A stretch of 64,000 bases of DNA from a virus (IMGVR_UViG_3300020036_009553:32001-96000); one strand, 5' to 3'. Numbered from the stretch's first letter, positions 19,094-28,317 are shown. Translations and numbers: made by a program. The notes: generated from the sequence alone by a model not told the origin.

Positions 19094-19867
19094 ATGATCA
19101 CTGCCACTCTTCACAAACAAGTTGTTGATACTGTTGTTGATGCATTGTCTACAGCTCAGACGAAGTACAAGACAGCGTTCAAGATGCCGTCAATCGTTTA
19201 TACCAAGCGTGGAACGACTGCAGGAACAGCTGACTACACCAAGTGGGAGATCAACCTCAATCCTGTTCTCCTCGTTGAAAATGTTGAGACGTTTCTCAAG
19301 CGCACTGTCATTCACGAAGTCGCTCACTTGGTTCATTTCATCGTTTGCCCAAAAGACCATGATCGTCGCTATGGCAAGAGAGATGTTCATGGGACAAATT
19401 GGCAGCGTGTGATGTCATCTTTGGGTGGCGAAGATGTGTCTCGTTGTCATTCATACGATGTGTCGTCAGTCATGCAAAACAGGGTGCGGTACGCACACAA
19501 GTGTTCAGTATGCGGCAACGAAGTCCAAGCAGGCCCCAAGTACCACAGCAGAATTGAAAACGGTGAGCGGTTCTTCCACAAGTCTTGTGGTCGTAATAGT
19601 TATCTCATGCCATCGTCGTCTACGGCAGTAAAAGCTACAACTGGTGTCAGCACACCAACGACGTCAAACAAATCGTCTACGGCGGTGAAAACACCAGCTA
19701 AAGGCAGTAAAATCCATCAGTGCTATGAGATGTACAAGATGTATCATCAAAAATACTCCAGGTCTATGATGATCAACGTATTCGTACAAAATTGTGACTG
19801 CACGCCTGCTGGGGCATCTACGTACTACCAAACATGTAAAAAAATGTACGATGCTGGTGTGGTATAA
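19094..19867 (+). CDS. SprT-like zinc metalloprotease with C-terminal GA.TYYQ domain
   Basis: RGTTAG.A, INLNPVLL.EN, HEVAH, HG..W..VM, zinc ribbon CSVCG; C-terminal CTPAGASTYYQ. Confidence 0.85.
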   Translation: MITATLHKQVVDTVVDALSTAQTKYKTAFKMPSIVYTKRGTTAGTADYTKWEINLNPVLLVENVETFLKRTVIHEVAHLVHFIVCPKDHDRRYGKRDVHGTNWQRVMSSLGGEDVSRCHSYDVSSVMQNRVRYAHKCSVCGNEVQAGPKYHSRIENGERFFHKSCGRNSYLMPSSSTAVKATTGVSTPTTSNKSSTAVKTPAKGSKIHQCYEMYKMYHQKYSRSMMINVFVQNCDCTPAGASTYYQTCKKMYDAGVV

Positions 19868-19934
19868 TCGTTGACCTAACGAGGGAATTAGAGGATAATT
19901 CCCTCATTGACTAACACAACCACGAAAGAAACAA

Positions 19935-20360
19935 ATGAACCTGACCACTACCCAAGTTCGCAACCTCGTCAATTTCATCTCGGCGAAGAATCCTTCAGTC
20001 AGAGAGCTCATGGAAGCTGGGGTGTTGTCCGTTGTTGCTGCAATGATGGACAATATCACGGAAGCTCCCGTCCCCACGTATGTGTATATGGACATGACTG
20101 AAGCCCTGAAATTTAGCTCCCAGATCAGCCCCAAAGTCTCCGGGATCAAGGCAATTCGGTTGTTAACTGATCTTGGATTGACAGAAGCAAAAGAATTGTA
20201 TGAGCAACTCTCTATTAACGATCACTCTCCCATAATTGGGCCAATCATGACTGTTGGGGATGGAGTGGATGAATCAGCGTTGAGGGTGCTGGTGGAAGAG
20301 ACGGAGAAAAGGTTTGATGCTAATGGTATCAGGGGAATTAAATATCTGGTGATGTGTTAG
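19935..20360 (+). CDS. Protein containing a ribosomal L7/L12 C-terminal-like motif
   Basis: KVSGIKAIRLLTDLGLTEAKELYE resembles bL12 K..VIK.VR..TGLGLKEAK.LVE. Confidence 0.65.
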   Translation: MNLTTTQVRNLVNFISAKNPSVRELMEAGVLSVVAAMMDNITEAPVPTYVYMDMTEALKFSSQISPKVSGIKAIRLLTDLGLTEAKELYEQLSINDHSPIIGPIMTVGDGVDESALRVLVEETEKRFDANGIRGIKYLVMC

Positions 20361-20638
20361 TCGTTGACACGGCAAGGGAATTAGAAGATAATTCCCTTGC
20401 CGTTAATACCCCCACGAAGGAATCAAATGAAAATCTCGTCAGACCAAGCTGGAACTCCTGTCAGGTTTTTCAAGGAAAGTGAGCGTGACTCAATCCGGGA
20501 ATTAGCGAGATTCATTCTCCTCGTGTTGTTAATGGAGGTATCTCCGTTGTTTGAAGAGGAGAATGTTATCAAACACAACGGCGTTGATTTCCCACCGAAT
20601 TCGTAAGATAATTAATTTTTGATAGAAAGGGTTACGTT

Positions 20639-20842
20639 ATGAAAAGACAACTTGGATTTACCCTCATTGAGCTACTGATCGTCGTTGCCATCGTGGGCAT
20701 CTTGGGAGCAATCGTTGTTCCAGCAGTTGGAAGATTGTTCAATGGAGGAGAAGCATCCACCGCATCATCTCCGCCACCACAGCAATTCATGGAACAGCAA
20801 GCTCCTCTCGTGGCTCCACGTCCGAGCAACGGACAGTACTAA
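20639..20842 (+). CDS. Miniature prepilin-type N-methylation-motif protein
   Basis: MKRQLG|FTLIELLIVVAIVGILGAIVVP, then a short Pro/Ser/Gln tail. Confidence 0.8.
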   Translation: MKRQLGFTLIELLIVVAIVGILGAIVVPAVGRLFNGGEASTASSPPPQQFMEQQAPLVAPRPSNGQY

Positions 20843-20845
20843 TCA

Positions 20846-21283
20846 ATGCTGGCCGCTCCACTAACTCCAGAATTGGCTACGATAATCGACAACATCGTAG
20901 CCAATTCTGAACCATTAGGCCCAGAATTTGAAAAGGTGTGGGCAGAGAATCATGATGTGCTATATGAGACGGATGGACTTGCGGAACGAAGCAGAGTTCC
21001 TGTGAACTGGAACGTTTTTGGAGAAAAATTCCAGTCCCTGTTTCATGACAAGGTAGCGGATTCGACGAAAACAGCCAGAATCTACCCAATATATGAGGGA
21101 GACACCGTTACGGTAATTGAAATATCGTTGTTTCCCACAGTTACGGTGTCCGAAGAAGAGGAACTAGCAGCAAGAGCAACTATACAATACTTGTGCAGAG
21201 ATTATCAACGGTACCACATTCGCAATGCATCAGAGTATCCTGGCACCACGTGCAGAGATTTATTGGTAGAAATAGTGTTGTAA
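20846..21283 (+). CDS. Hypothetical protein
   Basis: Operonic ORF. Confidence 0.6.
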   Translation: MLAAPLTPELATIIDNIVANSEPLGPEFEKVWAENHDVLYETDGLAERSRVPVNWNVFGEKFQSLFHDKVADSTKTARIYPIYEGDTVTVIEISLFPTVTVSEEEELAARATIQYLCRDYQRYHIRNASEYPGTTCRDLLVEIVL

Positions 21284-21339
21284 CGGTTGACATTTTTCAT
21301 TAAATACCGTATAATTACTCCATTAACTGGAGAAATCAA

Positions 21340-21570
21340 ATGACCGTTGCTGATATCAATGGCTTGGAACCTGATGGTTACTCCATTAACTGGAGAAAAG
21401 AAATGTTTGGTGATGTGCAGACAAAAGAGATGTTCTTCCTCTATTCCCGTCCGGAAGACTACACCATGTCACGACCCTTGACAAAAGAGGAAAATGATGC
21501 GAGAATCGCTGAAGATAACAAGCCCGTTCCAAGTCGGTTGTTATCATCTTTGATAGCTCGCATTGTATAA
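21340..21570 (+). CDS. Hypothetical protein
   Basis: Own promoter ~21287, GGAG RBS. Confidence 0.65.
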   Translation: MTVADINGLEPDGYSINWRKEMFGDVQTKEMFFLYSRPEDYTMSRPLTKEENDARIAEDNKPVPSRLLSSLIARIV

Positions 21571-21580
21571 ATACACAAAT

Positions 21581-21652
<72 letters not shown>

Positions 21653-21992
21653 CAGATCAATTGGTTACGAAGCGAGTACTTTTGCTGCTTCCGCGTTCAG
21701 TGCTACCATACCCTTGAGGAGATGTTCCTCAATAAACAGCACGTGTTGAGCATCGAGGTCGTTCCATGTATTAACTGTTTCGCATTCAACGACGCCCTTT
21801 GAATCGGTTAGTTCAAATGTAACCGTAACAGTCTTTTTGTTTGCCATTTCATTCCTTTCAAATTTCGGGCGCGAGAAACAATTCCTCGGCATGTTTATTT
21901 ATGTAAAATCGGCAATAGTGCTCCTTTTAATTAAAATTGTTGACTTCACTTGAACATTCCTGTATAATTTCTTCATTAACTGGAGACAATAA

Positions 21993-22214
21993 ATGACTGG
22001 TTGGGGATTTTTGAGAGAGCTTAACAAACTTTGCCACTTTCAAACAAGAGAGGGAAAGAAGGTTGGGCCGGTGAGTTCATCTGAATTGAAGAGATGGCTT
22101 CAACAAAAAGCTGTTCTTGTCAATGGTGAGCCTCTTGATTGGGACGAAGAGATGGACTTTGTGATCCATTCGTGTGTCCTCTTCCCGAAAGGTAATACGG
22201 TTACTTTGTGGTAG
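21993..22214 (+). CDS. Small S4-like hypothetical protein
   Basis: SSSELKRWLQQKAVLVNG resembles the S4 RNA-binding motif; own promoter. Confidence 0.6.
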   Translation: MTGWGFLRELNKLCHFQTREGKKVGPVSSSELKRWLQQKAVLVNGEPLDWDEEMDFVIHSCVLFPKGNTVTLW

Positions 22215-22468
22215 TTAGTTGACTTTGTTGTGTATGTAAAGTATAATGACTACACCAACTGACGGAGAGATGAAAATGAATACATGGAAATTTACCAAAG
22301 ATAATGCTACCTTCTGGGACACTTGTAGTATTGAGGTGGTTAATGAGTGGATCAGTAAGGGCTGGAACGCCGTTATCTGCCGGTAGAAGAAGACAGCTGC
22401 CCACCCAGCATGTTGTTGACATTGCTTGAACTTTCCTGTATAATCTGTTCATTAAATGGAGAAAACAG

Positions 22469-22840
22469 ATGTCCACAATCAATGAACAAATCGTTGCTCG
22501 TACCAAAATCTTGGTTGAGAGCCAAATTTTATACGATTGCCCGTCGTTTCCAACTGGAAGAGACCCGTACAACAATGTCGCGATCGACATCGGCCGTGAT
22601 ATAGCGGTTGAGACTATTGGGGAAACGGGCCTTCTCGATATTGTCAGGGGGGCTGAACTGCTTTCGGATGCTTCCCTCCTTCAACTTGCGGCTGAAATCA
22701 CACTTCACAAATTGTTCAGTTTCAATAGCTGGATTGAGGAAGTCAGGGATTATATGATCAAGCATCAAGATCAATGTGTTCCTTTGTGGAATTATATGGA
22801 ATCGTTGGGACTACCAGCGGTCGTTGAAAAAAGTCGTTGA
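22469..22840 (+). CDS. Hypothetical protein
   Basis: Own promoter ~22415, GGAG RBS. Confidence 0.7.
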   Translation: MSTINEQIVARTKILVESQILYDCPSFPTGRDPYNNVAIDIGRDIAVETIGETGLLDIVRGAELLSDASLLQLAAEITLHKLFSFNSWIEEVRDYMIKHQDQCVPLWNYMESLGLPAVVEKSR

Positions 22841-22934
22841 TTTCTCATTATAAATACAGTATAATATCTCCATCAAATAGAGAAAACAAATGAATTTTGC
22901 TGAATATAATATGTTCATCAAATGGAGAACACAA

Positions 22935-23210
22935 ATGAAGTTTGCTGACTTTGTACAGAGATGTCAACAACTTCTTCGGGAGAATCCCGAAACATCAACG
23001 ATGAAGGTATTCAACACATCGGTTATGGATTCTCCTCAACGGTTTGTGACGTCTGGGGTATATGTTGGATCTGTGACGTGTGAGGATCTAGGTGGTGAGT
23101 GTGAACGGTTTTTGATTACTGGTGATCCTGATGTAGCCCTTCTTGAACCGCTGAATGACGTTCCCGTTCAGTCATTCACAGTGGATTGTGTGGTCATTGA
23201 CGCGTATTGA
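22935..23210 (+). CDS. Hypothetical protein
   Basis: GGAG RBS before ATG 22935. Confidence 0.6.
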   Translation: MKFADFVQRCQQLLRENPETSTMKVFNTSVMDSPQRFVTSGVYVGSVTCEDLGGECERFLITGDPDVALLEPLNDVPVQSFTVDCVVIDAY

Positions 23211-23224
23211 GTATAAATAGTACA

Positions 23225-23629
23225 ATGAAGATTTGTACAAAATGTAAAGTCCTTAAAGGTTTAGACGAATTTCATCGAAGCTGTAAGGGAAAACTGGGTG
23301 TTCAGCCTGCGTGTAAAGAATGTATGAACGCTGCTTACACCATTTCTCGTAACAAAAAGCGTCAGCACTACCAGGAAGTTGGGTACGCACGTAATAGGCT
23401 CGTAACAACGAAAATTGAAGAATATAAAGCAAGTAAGGGATGTACGATTTGTGGGGAGATGGATCCTTGTTGTATCGATTTTCATCACACAGACCCCTCC
23501 AAGAAAGAAAATGCGATTTCAAATATGAGGCACTGCTCTTGGGATACTGTTCTGGTTGAGGTCGCAAAGTGTATCCCGCTTTGTCGCAATTGTCACGCAA
23601 AAGTTCACGCAGGAAAATTGAAGTTATAA
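23225..23629 (+). CDS. HNH endonuclease with N-terminal zinc finger, abutting tRNA-Pro
   Basis: KICTKCK..CKEC; CTICGE....IDFHH.DP..K...KC..LC.NCH; late promoter TATAAATA at 23212-23219. Confidence 0.88.
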   Translation: MKICTKCKVLKGLDEFHRSCKGKLGVQPACKECMNAAYTISRNKKRQHYQEVGYARNRLVTTKIEEYKASKGCTICGEMDPCCIDFHHTDPSKKENAISNMRHCSWDTVLVEVAKCIPLCRNCHAKVHAGKLKL

Positions 23630-23708
23630 CGGAATGTCGCCTAGTCAGGTTATGGCACCTGCTTTGGGAGCAGGTATAACGAGAGTTCGAATCCCTCCAT
23701 TCCGACCA
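23630..23708 (+). tRNA. tRNA-Pro(TGG)
   Basis: CGGAATG/CATTCCG-A-CCA; CCTGC-TT-TGG-GA-GCAGG. Confidence 0.9.
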
Positions 23709-23733
23709 ATTGATTTTTATGAAAGGAGTTAAA

Positions 23734-23892
23734 ATGAAAACTTACTTGGTTGCTATGGCGTGTGTTGTCCTGATGGCATCCAATGCTGCATTTGCTTATA
23801 CCGCTGCGATGGGGGATTTTAGCCGTCCCGGGCAGTATTGTACTACATCGTGTAACCAATACACCAATCAGTGTACCACCTACTGTCGATAA
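23734..23892 (+). CDS. Secreted Cys-rich micro-protein
   Basis: AAGGAG RBS, signal peptide ending AFA, four Cys in the mature part. Confidence 0.65.
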   Translation: MKTYLVAMACVVLMASNAAFAYTAAMGDFSRPGQYCTTSCNQYTNQCTTYCR

Positions 23893-23914
23893 TTTTTCCT
23901 TGAAAGGATTCAAA

Positions 23915-24076
23915 ATGAAAAACGTAATGCGTCTGGTTATTTTGGTGATTTGTTTGGGAAGTAATGTTGCTCCTTCCTTTGCTGGGAATTGTGACTACTC
24001 ATGGCAAACTGCATCAAATGGATCCTCATGTGGCGGTCGCGCCGCTGATCAACGTCCTGGTGGGAAATTTCAATGA
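23915..24076 (+). CDS. Secreted micro-protein
   Basis: AAGGA RBS, signal peptide ending SFA, C...ASNGSSCGGRAA. Confidence 0.65.
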   Translation: MKNVMRLVILVICLGSNVAPSFAGNCDYSWQTASNGSSCGGRAADQRPGGKFQ

Positions 24077-24195
24077 AATTGACGCTGCTTGTTGTGCTGC
24101 TGTTTTCGCTGGGTCCTGCGTTTGCGTATCAAAAGGACGGGTGTCCTTGTTATGATAAGCCGTATTTTCCCAACTGTATTTGTAGCAAAAAGTAG
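24073..24195 (+). CDS. Secreted Cys-rich micro-protein (40 aa, not in ORF track)
   Basis: MKLTLLVVLLFSLGPAFA|YQKDGCPCYDKPYFPNCICSKK; ATGA overlap with the previous ORF. Confidence 0.6.
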   Translation: MKLTLLVVLLFSLGPAFAYQKDGCPCYDKPYFPNCICSKK

Positions 24196-24390
24196 TTGAC
24201 ATTGAAGAGAAATTGACGTATAATGATCTTCATTGAATGAGAGATAAATTGGTTACGATAGAGCCTGATTCCACCACCGAGTGGATAGGGCCAAGAAGTC
24301 CGCAAGGACAGTATGCTAATCAACAATAAACCAAAATGTTTTTGTAGTAAAAAAGTAGTTGTCTTAACAAAGGAAAAGCAGTATAATGAT

Positions 24391-24550
24391 CTTGTTGTTG
24401 AGGGAATCAGGAAATAGAGTGAATTACGACGGAGAGCAGCCATGTACTTTTGCCAGGCATTCCGATCCACTTGATCCTGATTCAATAGTTAAAATGGTGA
24501 TTAGACATTCTAATTAGCCACCAGGAGGTGAGGCACCGATGGGCAGTTAA
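24391..24550 (+). ncRNA. Structured RNA unit 1, ending in a perfect SD and minigene ATG GGC AGT TAA
   Basis: Promoter TTGTCT-17-TATAAT; stem GAATCAGGA/TCCTGATTC; AGGAGGTGA 24523-24531; ATG 24539. Confidence 0.55.
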
Positions 24551-24694
24551 CTTGAGACACTTTAAAATATAGATAATAGTTAATTAAAGCGATTCACCCC
24601 AAGAGGAATCGGCCTCTTGGGGAACCCACCTGAGATGTCAATAATTAAAAAAGTTTCAGTTGTTGACATTTGATTCAAAATGTAGTAAAATGTA

Positions 24695-24872
24695 CTTGTT
24701 GTTGAGAGAGAAGTAAACGAACACAAATAATAACACCGGTCGGCGCATGGCCATTATACGACAGCCCAATTGCCACCGTTATGTTATGTGTATCGTCAAG
24801 GCTTCGTTAACCTTTAACATAAGTAAAAGTTACTTTAATGAACCGCCAGGAGGTGAGGCAAAAATGATTTAA
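24695..24872 (+). ncRNA. Structured RNA unit 2, ending in a perfect SD and minigene ATG ATT TAA
   Basis: Promoter TTGACA-17-TAAAAT; long imperfect hairpin; AGGAGGTGA 24848-24856; ATG 24864. Confidence 0.55.
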
Positions 24873-24904
24873 GATCCAAATATAATGTAAGTTTATTATA
24901 GAGG

Positions 24905-25238
24905 ATTAATAATTGTTACGCTTACGACTGTAGTGAATGGTGAAAGCAGGTAACTACACGAGTGGCTCTGGGAAACAAGGACAGACAGAATGCTGTCCGA
25001 AGAAGGGATGGAACGATTGAGAAATGGTTCCATGTGTGAAGAGCGTGAGGAGGGGCTACTTCACAAATTCTCTGAAAAATCCTTGATCGTCAGTTGAGGA
25101 TGCTCCGGAAGTACCTGGTGGTAGAAACTTCCGTGTAATTATTTCTTTAACAAAAGAGATAATATTGGTCAACCACATCCGAATTCATGGTTTGAGGGGT
25201 GGTAGTAGCGACAAATCGCTCCCATCCCTCTCTTTTTT
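24905..25238 (+). ncRNA. Putative multi-hairpin non-coding RNA
   Basis: No ORF; stems TGTAGT/ACTACA, GGACAG/CTGTCC, ATGGAAC/GTTCCAT, TGTGAAG/CTTCACA, GGAAGT/ACTTCC; U-tract end. Confidence 0.5.
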
Positions 25239-25303
25239 GTTGACATTATCGCCGATACGTTGTATAATGATCTTCATCAGCTGACAACACGAGGAGAAAG
25301 AAA

Positions 25304-25930
25304 ATGCAATTGTACACTATCGCAGCTCAAAGCAAGTACATGCTGTTCATTGAACAAATCGTCGACATTGAAGATGCTGGTGACGATTTCATTACGGCTG
25401 AAGAGATGTGCGAAATGACGGGCGAAGAGTTCAACGAAGCACGTAGGTATTACTTTGATGATCGTGTCTTTCGTCGTGATGCGATTAAGGAGGCACTCGG
25501 TGTTCTTGCTGACGAGATTCGCAAAACAGGCAAAAAGTCAGTTCTTATCAAAGATGATGAGTTGCTGGAGGTGTTTAAACAAGGGTATTCAATTTCTGAA
25601 TTCGCTGAAGGTTTTCGTCGTGTTGGTAACCGCTTGTTTTTACAAGAGAAAAAGCCAAATGGCCCCAAAAAGGCTAATATGAATGTGTTGGCTTATCGTG
25701 TACAACAAACTGTCAATAACGGCAACAAGTACGAGATCGAAATAAAGTATGCAAGTCATGACGTTCCTGGTACAATTGCGTTGTGCAAGAAGCTGGTTTC
25801 ATGGGAAGATATCTTGTGGGAAGACAACGGGTACAAAAACGTGAATGACGAAACGATCGGTTTTTGCAAGCAGATTTGGGACAATCCCAACATTTTCAAT
25901 ACTGCCAAAAAAGAAGCATCGCCCACTTGA
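25304..25930 (+). CDS. Hypothetical protein (208 aa)
   Basis: Promoter cassette 25239 (identical ~41 bp copy at 26631), GAGGAG RBS. Confidence 0.8.
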   Translation: MQLYTIAAQSKYMLFIEQIVDIEDAGDDFITAEEMCEMTGEEFNEARRYYFDDRVFRRDAIKEALGVLADEIRKTGKKSVLIKDDELLEVFKQGYSISEFAEGFRRVGNRLFLQEKKPNGPKKANMNVLAYRVQQTVNNGNKYEIEIKYASHDVPGTIALCKKLVSWEDILWEDNGYKNVNDETIGFCKQIWDNPNIFNTAKKEASPT

Positions 25931-25994
25931 CTTGATCGCGATTTCGTAGTATAATCACTATACCAACTGACGTAACACAACTAGGAGATTCAAA

Positions 25995-26582
25995 ATGACC
26001 CAAACTCAAGCCATCGCCATCAGCACCATGACTTCAAACATCAACGTGGGCATGGACGAAGTTGTTTCGGTGTTCGTGGCAAAGTACGAAAGTGGACTTT
26101 TTGCAAAAAAGGACGATCTTTCTGCGAAGATTAAGGCGATTAAGCAGGAAATTGAACAAATCGATCGTGATCTGGTGAAGTCGGTTGATTCGACTGATTA
26201 CGACGTGACTGTTCCTAAGCTTGGTCTGTTGTTCAAGATGGGAGAAGTTCTTATTCATTGGGGTGAAACGTATCATCATGCCAAGAACACGATGATGATC
26301 GAAATTGCGATGTTCGATAAGTCGGATGATTATCAACGTGCGATATTCACGAAAATGGAAAATCGCCCAATTCCGGCTGATGTGGTGACAAAACGCGACG
26401 AAGCGAAAAGTCAACTGGCCGTTTTGACTGGTGAGTTGATGGAGGTGATGGGACTGATCAAATCGGTCAGTCGTAAAGAACGTCAAATTCGTGGGAAGAT
26501 TTCGGAGATGAAGTTGGCTGAAAGTGGCAAGGCTGGTTTGTTGGACAATCCCGAAATGTTGCAGTTGATTCAAATCAACTAA
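25995..26582 (+). CDS. Hypothetical coiled-coil protein
   Basis: AGGAG RBS; terminator AAGAGGGC-TGAAAG-GCCCTCTT follows. Confidence 0.8.
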   Translation: MTQTQAIAISTMTSNINVGMDEVVSVFVAKYESGLFAKKDDLSAKIKAIKQEIEQIDRDLVKSVDSTDYDVTVPKLGLLFKMGEVLIHWGETYHHAKNTMMIEIAMFDKSDDYQRAIFTKMENRPIPADVVTKRDEAKSQLAVLTGELMEVMGLIKSVSRKERQIRGKISEMKLAESGKAGLLDNPEMLQLIQIN

Positions 26583-26684
26583 CCTGAATGTTGTAATGTA
26601 AGAGGGCTGAAAGGCCCTCTTTTCGTTTCCGTTGACATTATCGCCGATACGTTGTATAATGATCTTCATCAACTGGAGACAATC

Positions 26685-26972
26685 GTGGCAACTTTCTATA
26701 CAGATGAATTTAAGTGGGCGGCAGCATCCAAGTCCTTCATTCAAGATGCCGCATATCTTGGTGGACATCCATTCCATGATCTGGGACAAGGACAGCATGG
26801 GCTAATACTCGTCAATAATTACAGCGATGTTGGAGTATTCACGATTGATCGGTGCTTCTCCGACGTCAAGTCAAAAAAAGTAACTGTGTCGTTGTCATCT
26901 CGTCCAGTAGGTAGTTGGTTTGATGCGATGGGGGTCGTTGTTGAAAACATGAATCAAGATTGGTTCATGTGA
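26685..26972 (+). CDS. Hypothetical protein
   Basis: GGAG RBS, GTG start, own promoter. Confidence 0.6.
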   Translation: MATFYTDEFKWAAASKSFIQDAAYLGGHPFHDLGQGQHGLILVNNYSDVGVFTIDRCFSDVKSKKVTVSLSSRPVGSWFDAMGVVVENMNQDWFM

Positions 26973-27039
26973 GTTGACAATGGCTATCGGTTGTTGTATA
27001 ATGACTCCATCAACTGACAAATCAACCAAAGAAAATACC

Positions 27040-27342
27040 ATGCCCGATCCAACAGATAAGTACCTGGATCTTATTGACCCAGAAGAAGGAAGTGGAGTCA
27101 ATCCGTTACTTTGCACCATGTTCAACGACATTACATATGGTCACGCGATTGCAGAATTTGCAATCGAAGAGCATTGGGAGGATGATCATGAATTTTGTCT
27201 TGGGTGCAGGGCTGTTGTTAACGGGACAGTTTATTACTTCGCAATGATGTGGTTGCGTCTTTCAGATATCAGAATGGCATTTTGTGCTGAAACAGACGAC
27301 CGATCCAAGCTAGTCAAATACCTATTTGAATATGTTTCTTGA
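27040..27342 (+). CDS. Acidic protein (paralogue of 18366)
   Basis: EEHWEDDHEFCLGCRAVVNG. Confidence 0.75.
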   Translation: MPDPTDKYLDLIDPEEGSGVNPLLCTMFNDITYGHAIAEFAIEEHWEDDHEFCLGCRAVVNGTVYYFAMMWLRLSDIRMAFCAETDDRSKLVKYLFEYVS

Positions 27343-27404
27343 TTGTTGACTTGATGGAGTCATTGTTGTATAATGATCTTCATCAACTGACGAAAGGACC
27401 TCAA

Positions 27405-27719
27405 ATGTACGTATGTTTCAGCAATGCTGGCAATTGGGACGAACAATGTCTCGGATTCATTGGAACAATCAATGACGAGGACGTCATAAACAAGGGCGTG
27501 GATGGTGCTGTTCGTGATTTTCTTGCCAATGAACCATCAGCAGATTTTACCAATCCCAAGTTTGCCATCCATAGTTACGATGCCGATACAGCTGAAGCAT
27601 ATCGAGACATGCTCGATGACAATGAATTCTCCTGCTACTTCAATGCTACTCCGTCATTCTACGCTGTGTTCCCTGGTGGTGATTATGTTGACGCTATCTT
27701 TGTTTTTGCACGCGTTTGA
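27405..27719 (+). CDS. Acidic hypothetical protein
   Basis: Own promoter cassette, AAGGA RBS. Confidence 0.7.
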   Translation: MYVCFSNAGNWDEQCLGFIGTINDEDVINKGVDGAVRDFLANEPSADFTNPKFAIHSYDADTAEAYRDMLDDNEFSCYFNATPSFYAVFPGGDYVDAIFVFARV

Positions 27720-27791
27720 CAACAGTTGACATTTGAAGTTGATGGAGCTATAATGGCTCCATCAACTGACAAACACACAAGGAGAGACACG

Positions 27792-28139
27792 ATGACCACA
27801 ATGTATTATTTCGGGAATGTTTGTTGTCGTGGAGATACCCGCAAAATGTCTGGCACCATTGACTCGGAGAAGATTGACGAAGCATTTGCTGTGAGGGGCA
27901 ATGAAGAGTTGGTTGAAGAATACTGCGATGGGCAAGAAATCACCTCATCCAACTTCGACGAAGTCAATTTACTCTGTGGTATCGCTCAACCTTTCCTGCA
28001 CGACGCCGCCGAGTTTGAGAACTGGAAGAACAACAGGGCCTTCGTCCTTCTCATGGAGGAATGTGAATATGCTGTTGCCCCAACTCTTCGTGATGCCAAA
28101 GTAGCATGGGCTGAAATCGAAATAGACGTTGACTTTTGA
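27792..28139 (+). CDS. Acidic hypothetical protein
   Basis: Hairpin promoter 27725-27770, AAGGAG RBS. Confidence 0.7.
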   Translation: MTTMYYFGNVCCRGDTRKMSGTIDSEKIDEAFAVRGNEELVEEYCDGQEITSSNFDEVNLLCGIAQPFLHDAAEFENWKNNRAFVLLMEECEYAVAPTLRDAKVAWAEIEIDVDF

Positions 28140-28317
28140 CCCTGATGGAGCTATAATGGCTCCATCAACTGACAACACCACATAAATAAGGACTGAAATG
28201 GAAACGATCAAACTGGTAGCAATGGTGGTAGTGGTTATTCTCTTTGCCCCAACCATGTGCCGCATCGTCGCCGCTCTGGCAAGTGACGAAGACTTGACCA
28301 AATAATAAGGAACCACT

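Noticed and set aside
24905-25238. CsrB/RsmZ-type sponge, tmRNA or RNase P RNA
   Set aside because: GGA is not regularly placed in the loops; no tRNA-like ends/tag frame or RNase P consensus seen
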